NCBI RefSeq assembly: GCF_016127575.1
Contig: NZ_CP066018.1
Coordinates: forward strand, 960,001 to 992,000
DNA length: 32,000 nucleotides
Direction: 5' to 3'
From: Cupriavidus necator
GTDB taxonomy: Bacteria; Pseudomonadota; Gammaproteobacteria; Burkholderiales; Burkholderiaceae
Positions 27,461 to 32,000 of this stretch are shown one piece after another (the first letter of the stretch is position 1; each line of letters starts with the position of its first letter). The position numbers and the translations under genes were made by a program. The notes under the pieces are model-generated. The model was not told where the DNA came from, ran no database searches, and was given only the letters and a program-made list of their open reading frames with translations.

Positions 27461-29035
27461 ATGATCAAGCAAGCCCTACTCTCCGTTTCCGACAAGACCG
27501 GCATCGTCGATTTCGCGCGCGAACTGAACGCGCTCGGCGTCACGCTGCTTTCCACCGGCGGCACCGCCAAGCTGCTGGCCGACAGCGGCCTGCCCGTGAC
27601 GGAGGTGGCCGACTACACCGGCTTCCCGGAAATGCTCGACGGCCGCGTCAAGACACTGCATCCCAAGGTCCACGGCGGCATCCTGGCGCGCCGCGACCTG
27701 CCCGAGCACATGGCCGCGCTGGCCGAGCACGACATCCCGACCATCGACCTGCTGGTGGTGAACCTGTACCCGTTCCAGCAGACCGTGGCCAAGGATGACT
27801 GCACCCTGCCCGACGCGATCGAGAACATCGACATCGGCGGCCCGACCATGCTGCGTTCGGCGGCCAAGAACCATCGCGACGTGACCGTGATCGTCGACCC
27901 GGCCGACTACGCCGTGGTGCTCGACGAAATGCGCGCCAACGCCAACAGCGTCGGCTACGACACCAATTTCCGCCTGGCCACCAAGGTGTTCGCGCACACC
28001 GCCCAGTACGACGGCGCCATCACCAACTACCTGACCAGCCTGGGTGCCGACAAGTCGCACCAGGGCCGCAGCGCCTACCCGCAGACGCTGAACCTCGCCT
28101 TCGACAAGGTGCAGGAAATGCGCTACGGCGAGAACCCGCACCAGTCCGCCGCGTTCTACCGCGACCTGAGGGCCGTGGACGGCGCGCTGGCCAACTACGT
28201 GCAGCTGCAGGGCAAGGAACTGTCGTACAACAACATCGCCGACGCCGACGCGGCCTGGGAATGCGTCAAGTCGTTCGACGCCGCCAGCGGCGCCGCCTGC
28301 GTCATCATCAAGCACGCCAACCCGTGCGGCGTGGCGCTGGGCGCGAATGCGCTGGAAGCGTATGACAAGGCCTTCAAGACCGATTCGACCTCGGCCTTCG
28401 GCGGCATCATCGCCTTCAACGTCGAGCTGGACGAAACCGCCGCGCAGGCCGTGGCCAGGCAGTTCGTCGAAGTGCTGATCGCCCCGTCGTTCAGCGCCGG
28501 CGCGCGTGCCGTGTTCGCGGCCAAGCAGAATGTGCGCCTGCTGGAGATCCCGTTGGGCCAGGGCATCAACCAGTATGACTTCAAGCGTGTCGGCGGCGGC
28601 CTGCTGGTGCAGAGCCCGGACGCCAGGAACGTGCAGCCGTCCGAGCTGCGCGTGGTGACGCGCCGCCACCCGAACCCGAAGGAAATGGACGACCTGATGT
28701 TCGCCTGGCGCGTGGCCAAGTTCGTCAAGTCCAATGCCATCGTGTTCTGCGGCGGCGGTATGACGCTGGGCGTGGGCGCGGGCCAGATGAGCCGCGTGGA
28801 TTCGGCCCGCATCGCCAGCATCAAGGCGCAGAATGCCGGCCTGACGCTGGCCGGCTCGGCAGTGGCCTCGGACGCGTTCTTCCCGTTCCGTGACGGCCTG
28901 GACGTGGTGGTCGACGCGGGCGCGACCTGCGTGATCCAGCCGGGCGGCTCGATGCGCGACGACGAAGTGATCGCCGCCGCCGACGAACGCGGCATCGCCA
29001 TGGTGGTGACCGGCACGCGCCACTTCCGCCACTAA
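27461..29035 (+). CDS. purH: Bifunctional AICAR transformylase / IMP cyclohydrolase
   Basis: 524 aa. The MGS-like N-terminus is [35 protein letters not shown] and IIKHANPCG are present, and the C-terminus ends TGTRHFRH. Confidence 0.97.
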   Translation: MIKQALLSVSDKTGIVDFARELNALGVTLLSTGGTAKLLADSGLPVTEVADYTGFPEMLDGRVKTLHPKVHGGILARRDLPEHMAALAEHDIPTIDLLVVNLYPFQQTVAKDDCTLPDAIENIDIGGPTMLRSAAKNHRDVTVIVDPADYAVVLDEMRANANSVGYDTNFRLATKVFAHTAQYDGAITNYLTSLGADKSHQGRSAYPQTLNLAFDKVQEMRYGENPHQSAAFYRDLRAVDGALANYVQLQGKELSYNNIADADAAWECVKSFDAASGAACVIIKHANPCGVALGANALEAYDKAFKTDSTSAFGGIIAFNVELDETAAQAVARQFVEVLIAPSFSAGARAVFAAKQNVRLLEIPLGQGINQYDFKRVGGGLLVQSPDARNVQPSELRVVTRRHPNPKEMDDLMFAWRVAKFVKSNAIVFCGGGMTLGVGAGQMSRVDSARIASIKAQNAGLTLAGSAVASDAFFPFRDGLDVVVDAGATCVIQPGGSMRDDEVIAAADERGIAMVVTGTRHFRH

Positions 29036-29049
29036 GCACTGGCAGGCTT

Positions 29050-29072
29050 GCGGCCTTGCCTGGCAAGGCCGC
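29050..29072 (+). terminator. Hairpin 1 after purH (GCGGCCTT / AAGGCCGC, 7-nt loop)
   Basis: 8-bp perfect inverted repeat starting 15 nt after the purH stop. No U-tract of its own. Confidence 0.35.
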
Positions 29073-29081
29073 CGGCTCCGA

Positions 29082-29123
29082 AGCGGTTTCGTTCTCCTGC
29101 AAGGGAAAGCGAAACCGCTTTTT
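29082..29123 (+). terminator. Rho-independent terminator after purH
   Basis: 10-bp perfect stem AGCGGTTTCG / CGAAACCGCT with an 18-nt loop. It runs directly into TTTTT (29119-29123). Confidence 0.65.
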
Positions 29124-29182
29124 GCCTTAGGTGCCGGTGCAAAAAGCAATACACTAGCGACGGCATCCATCCTACCCACCCA

Positions 29183-29728
29183 ATGCGAATCCTAGGCATC
29201 GACCCCGGCCTGCGCACCACCGGCTTCGGCGTGATCGAGAAGCACGGCAACAAGCTTGCCTACGTGGCCTCGGGCACGATCAAGAGCGACGGCAATTCAA
29301 CGTTGCCGGAACGGCTGAAGACGCTCTACGACGGCATCAGCGAAGTGTCGCGCACCTATGCACCCGACTGCGCGGCGATCGAGAAGGTCTTCGTCAACGT
29401 CAACCCGCAGTCCACGCTGCTGCTCGGCCAGGCCCGCGGCGCGGCGATCTGCGGGCTGGTGGGCTACGGCTTGCCGGTGTTCGAGTACACCGCGCTGCAG
29501 CTCAAGGTGGCGGTGGTCGGCTACGGCCGCGCCAACAAGGCGCAGGTGCAGGAAATGGTGACGCGGCTGCTGATGCTGCCCGGCCAGCCCGGCAGCGATG
29601 CGGCCGATGCGCTCGGCGTGGCGATCTGCCATGCCAACGGCAGCGATACCCTGGGCACGCTGTCGGGCCTGGCGCCCGACCTGGTGCGCAAAGGCATGCG
29701 CGTGCGGCGCGGGCGGCTGGTCGGCTGA
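29183..29728 (+). CDS. ruvC: Crossover junction endodeoxyribonuclease RuvC
   Basis: The start was chosen at ATG 29183 ([19 protein letters not shown]..., carrying the catalytic Asp). [22 protein letters not shown] and [13 protein letters not shown] are conserved RuvC blocks. Confidence 0.95.
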   Translation: MRILGIDPGLRTTGFGVIEKHGNKLAYVASGTIKSDGNSTLPERLKTLYDGISEVSRTYAPDCAAIEKVFVNVNPQSTLLLGQARGAAICGLVGYGLPVFEYTALQLKVAVVGYGRANKAQVQEMVTRLLMLPGQPGSDAADALGVAICHANGSDTLGTLSGLAPDLVRKGMRVRRGRLVG

Positions 29729-29731
29729 ACA

Positions 29732-29746
29732 CGCCAGCGGCTGGCG
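29732..29746 (+). terminator. Short hairpin after ruvC (CGCCAGC-G-GCTGGCG)
   Basis: Near-perfect palindrome 4 nt after the ruvC stop. The loop is very small and there is no U-tract. Confidence 0.2.
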
Positions 29747-29772
29747 CTTGCTGTGCCCGCTTCCCCATCTCT

Positions 29773-29778
29773 TACAAT
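29773..29778 (+). promoter_or_regulatory. Candidate -10 hexamer TACAAT upstream of the glpQ-like gene
   Basis: TACAAT lies 30 nt upstream of ATG 29809. TTGCTG sits 19 nt upstream as a possible -35, though the spacer is long. Confidence 0.3.
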
Positions 29779-29808
29779 CGGGCCTTGGTCTCACCACAGG
29801 AACGCTGC

Positions 29809-31041
29809 ATGCCTAGTCAGTCCCGATTGAGCGCGCCGCGCCGGCGCCCCAGCCTCTTCCCTGTTCTTGCCTTCCGGCGTTGGCTGTTTCCGGCCGCCGC
29901 GGCCTGCGCCGCGCTGGTCGCGGGCTGCGCCACCGCGCCGCGCCCTAAGCCCGTGTCCGCGGCTCCGGTGCCGGCACCCGCCGCGAGCGCTGCGCCTGCG
30001 GCCGCCGCCACCCAGCCTCCCAAACCGCTGGTGATCGCCCATCGCGGCGCCAGCGCGCTGCGCCCCGAACATACACTTGCCGCCTACGCCAAAGCCATCG
30101 AGGACGGCGCCGACGCCATCGAGCCCGACCTGGTCATGACACGCGACGGCGTGCTGGTAGCGCGCCACGAGAACGACATCACCGGCACCACCAACGTGGC
30201 CGAACTGCCGCAGTTCGCCGAGCGCAAGCGCACCAAGGTGATCGACGGCGAGCGCCTGAGCGGCTGGTTCACCGAAGACTTCACGCTGGCGGAGCTCAAG
30301 ACGCTGCGCGCGCGTGAGCGCATCCCGCGCCTGCGCCCGGACAATGCGCGCCTGAACGACCAGTTCGAGGTGCCGACCTTCGACGAGATCGTGCGCCTGG
30401 CCGAGCAGGCCGCGCTGCGCACCGGCAAACCCATCGGCATCTACGCAGAGCTGAAGCACCCGAGCTACTTCCGCGGCATCGGGCTGCCGCTCGAGGACAA
30501 GCTGGTGGCCGCGCTGCGGGCACAACCCTACCTGCGCAACGCACCCGTGTTTATCCAATGCTTCGAGACCGGCAGCCTGCGCGCGCTGCGGCGCACGCTT
30601 GGCAGCGGGCAGCACAACGTGAAGCTGGTGCAGCTCATCGGCAACCCGCGCAAGGGCCCGGCCGACTGGAAGCTGGCGGGCGACGGCCGCACCTTCGGCG
30701 ACATGCTGGGCGCGACCGGCCTGCGCGAGGTGGCAGCCTATGCCGACGGCATCGGCCCCGAGAAGAGCAGCGTGGTGCCGCGCGATGCGCAGGGCGCGCT
30801 GGCTGCGCCGACGCCGGTGGTGCGCCAGGCGCATGCTGCCGGGCTGTTCGTCCATCCCTACACCTTCCGTCCGGAAAACAGCTTCCTGCCCAAGGTGCTG
30901 CAGGCCGGCGGCGACGACGCCACGCGCAGCCCGTCCGGCATGGAGCGGGAAGTGCAGGCCTTTATCGCGGCCGGCATCGATGGTTTCTTCACCGACGACC
31001 CGGCGCTGGGCCGGCGCGCGGTGGATACGCCGGCGCGCTGA
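29809..31041 (+). CDS. glpQ: Glycerophosphodiester phosphodiesterase (GDPD family), predicted lipoprotein
   Basis: The start was chosen at ATG 29809, with AGGAA 8 nt upstream. The signal sequence has the lipobox LVAGC, followed by an Ala/Pro-rich linker. GDPD motifs are VIAHRGAS, RPEHTL and IEPDLVMTRDG. Confidence 0.88.
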   Translation: MPSQSRLSAPRRRPSLFPVLAFRRWLFPAAAACAALVAGCATAPRPKPVSAAPVPAPAASAAPAAAATQPPKPLVIAHRGASALRPEHTLAAYAKAIEDGADAIEPDLVMTRDGVLVARHENDITGTTNVAELPQFAERKRTKVIDGERLSGWFTEDFTLAELKTLRARERIPRLRPDNARLNDQFEVPTFDEIVRLAEQAALRTGKPIGIYAELKHPSYFRGIGLPLEDKLVAALRAQPYLRNAPVFIQCFETGSLRALRRTLGSGQHNVKLVQLIGNPRKGPADWKLAGDGRTFGDMLGATGLREVAAYADGIGPEKSSVVPRDAQGALAAPTPVVRQAHAAGLFVHPYTFRPENSFLPKVLQAGGDDATRSPSGMEREVQAFIAAGIDGFFTDDPALGRRAVDTPAR

Positions 31042-31050
31042 CCCCGGCAG

Positions 31051-31080
31051 GGCGGCCGCTGGGCTACACTTGCGGCCGCC
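31051..31080 (+). terminator. GC hairpin after glpQ (GGCGGCCGC / GCGGCCGCC, 12-nt loop), no U-tract
   Basis: 9-bp perfect inverted repeat 10 nt after the glpQ stop. Each arm contains GCGGCCGC. Confidence 0.3.
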
Positions 31081-31119
31081 TGGTCCCTGACCCCCACCTT
31101 CCATTCCCTCCTCCGCACC

Positions 31120-31701
31120 ATGATCGGACGCATCGCCGGCACCCTTATCGAGAAGAATCCCCCGCACCTGCTGGTCGACTGCCACGGCGTCGGCTACGAG
31201 GTGGACGTGCCGATGAGCACCTTCTACAACCTGCCCGCGGTGGGCCAGCCGGTGACACTGCTGACGCAGCTGATCGTGCGCGAGGACGCGCACCTGCTGT
31301 ACGGCTTCGGCACCGCATCGGAGCGCAACACCTTCCGCGAGCTGATCAAGATCACCGGCATCGGCGCGCGCATGGCGCTGGCGGTGCTGTCGGGCATGTC
31401 GGTGCCCGAGCTGGCGCAGGCCATCACGCTGCAGGAAGCCGGCCGCCTCACGCGCATTCCCGGCATCGGCAAGAAGACCGCGGAGCGGCTGCTGCTGGAG
31501 CTCAAGGGCAAGCTGGGCGCGGAGCTGGGCCACGTGCCGGGCACGCCGGCGGTGCCGGACAGCGCCGTCGACGTGCTCAATGCGCTGCTGGCGCTGGGCT
31601 ACTCGGAAAAGGAAGCCGCCGCCGCGATCAAGCAGGTGCCGGCGGGGACCGGCGTGTCGGACGGCATCAAGCTGGCGCTCAAGGCATTGTCCAAGGCTTG
31701 A
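31120..31701 (+). CDS. ruvA: Holliday junction branch-migration complex subunit RuvA
   Basis: 193 aa starting [12 protein letters not shown]. The helix-hairpin-helix motifs are [13 protein letters not shown] and [16 protein letters not shown]. The C-terminal domain III contains [16 protein letters not shown]. Confidence 0.96.
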   Translation: MIGRIAGTLIEKNPPHLLVDCHGVGYEVDVPMSTFYNLPAVGQPVTLLTQLIVREDAHLLYGFGTASERNTFRELIKITGIGARMALAVLSGMSVPELAQAITLQEAGRLTRIPGIGKKTAERLLLELKGKLGAELGHVPGTPAVPDSAVDVLNALLALGYSEKEAAAAIKQVPAGTGVSDGIKLALKALSKA

Positions 31702-31717
31702 GACCTGCATAGGCGCG

Positions 31718-31723
31718 TAGAAT
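31718..31723 (+). promoter_or_regulatory. Candidate -10 hexamer TAGAAT between ruvA and ruvB
   Basis: TAGAAT lies 36 nt upstream of the ruvB ATG in a 58-nt spacer. It may be an internal promoter or coincidental. Confidence 0.25.
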
Positions 31724-31759
31724 GGCGGATTGTTGCCGCTGTCCGGGCCCCTGACCACC

Positions 31760-32000
31760 ATGATCGAAACTGACAAGCTTGCCGCCCCCGCCCGCGTAAT
31801 TGCCGCCACCCCCGCCTCGTCGCAGGAGGAGGCGTTCGAGCGCGCGCTGCGGCCCAAGCTGCTGGACGAGTATGTCGGCCAGGAAAAGGTGCGCGGGCAG
31901 CTCGATATCTTCATGCACGCCGCGCGCAACCGGCGCGAGGCGCTGGACCACGTGCTGCTGTTCGGCCCGCCGGGCCTGGGCAAGACCACGCTGGCCCACA
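31760..32000 (+). CDS. ruvB: Holliday junction branch-migration DNA helicase RuvB (5' part, runs off the window)
   Basis: ATG 31760 is open to the window end. It is absent from the ORF track because there is no stop. The translation is [44 protein letters not shown]...[15 protein letters not shown] (Walker A). Confidence 0.93.
   Translation, partial: MIETDKLAAPARVIAATPASSQEEAFERALRPKLLDEYVGQEKVRGQLDIFMHAARNRREALDHVLLFGPPGLGKTTLAH

Noticed and set aside
27476-29179. 567-aa minus-strand ORF opposite purH. Similar cases are 21359-22885, 22767-24026, 24489-25889, 25751-27163, 15774-17402 (plus strand, opposite surA), 14446-15564 and 12750-13961.
   Set aside because: All mirror a conserved gene on the other strand, have low-complexity translations rich in R/A/G/H/Q/D, and carry no motifs. 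They were treated as GC-driven shadow ORFs.
29791-31989. 732-aa minus-strand ORF opposite glpQ, ruvA and ruvB
   Set aside because: It is antisense to three strongly supported genes and crosses two intergenic regions. It is a low-complexity, high-GC artefact.
1-32000. Search for mobile elements, CRISPR arrays, tRNA/rRNA genes, toxin-antitoxin pairs or defence islands
   Set aside because: I saw no spaced direct-repeat arrays and no tRNA T-loop or acceptor signatures. There are no transposase, integrase or phage-like ORFs, no terminal inverted repeats flanking any gene block, and no compositional island apart from the short lnt-glyQ spacer. The window reads as ordinary core genome.

Overview
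This window looks like a conserved core-chromosome segment of a GC-rich betaproteobacterium. Gene order and protein sequences resemble Burkholderiaceae, most like Cupriavidus/Ralstonia; that assignment is inference and was not searched. Nearly all of it is housekeeping coding sequence.

Plus strand, 1-12469:
- miaB 3' end, phoH, ybeY
- corC, lnt
- glyQ, a secreted ORF, glyS, gmhB, plsC, a YgjP-like metallopeptidase
- gloA, an EamA-family permease

Minus strand, 12522-19538:
- lptD, surA, pdxA, rsmA, trpS (in transcription order)

Plus strand, 19749-32000:
- amgK, azlC, azlD, murU
- pepP, a hypothetical ORF, ubiH
- dusB, fis, purH
- ruvC, a glpQ-like lipoprotein, ruvA, ruvB 5' end

Many junctions are ATGA or TGATG stop/start overlaps, so these appear to be tightly coupled operons. 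I found no tRNA or rRNA genes, CRISPR arrays, transposases, integrases, prophage genes or recognisable defence or toxin systems. I do not think the window holds a large novel system.

The features worth a second look are small, possibly lineage-specific departures from conserved operon layouts:
- an AzlCD permease pair inside the amgK-murU cell-wall salvage unit
- a secreted protein of unknown function translationally coupled between glyQ and glyS
- a roughly 97-aa N-terminal extension on YbeY
- an unannotatable ORF overlapping both pepP and ubiH
- a 590-bp lower-GC intergenic region carrying a candidate 30-aa membrane peptide
- a terminator-like hairpin in the dusB-fis leader

The very long antisense ORFs in the six-frame track are the usual high-GC artefacts. 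All coordinates and motifs were read by eye from the sequence and the ORF track; no searches or computations were run.
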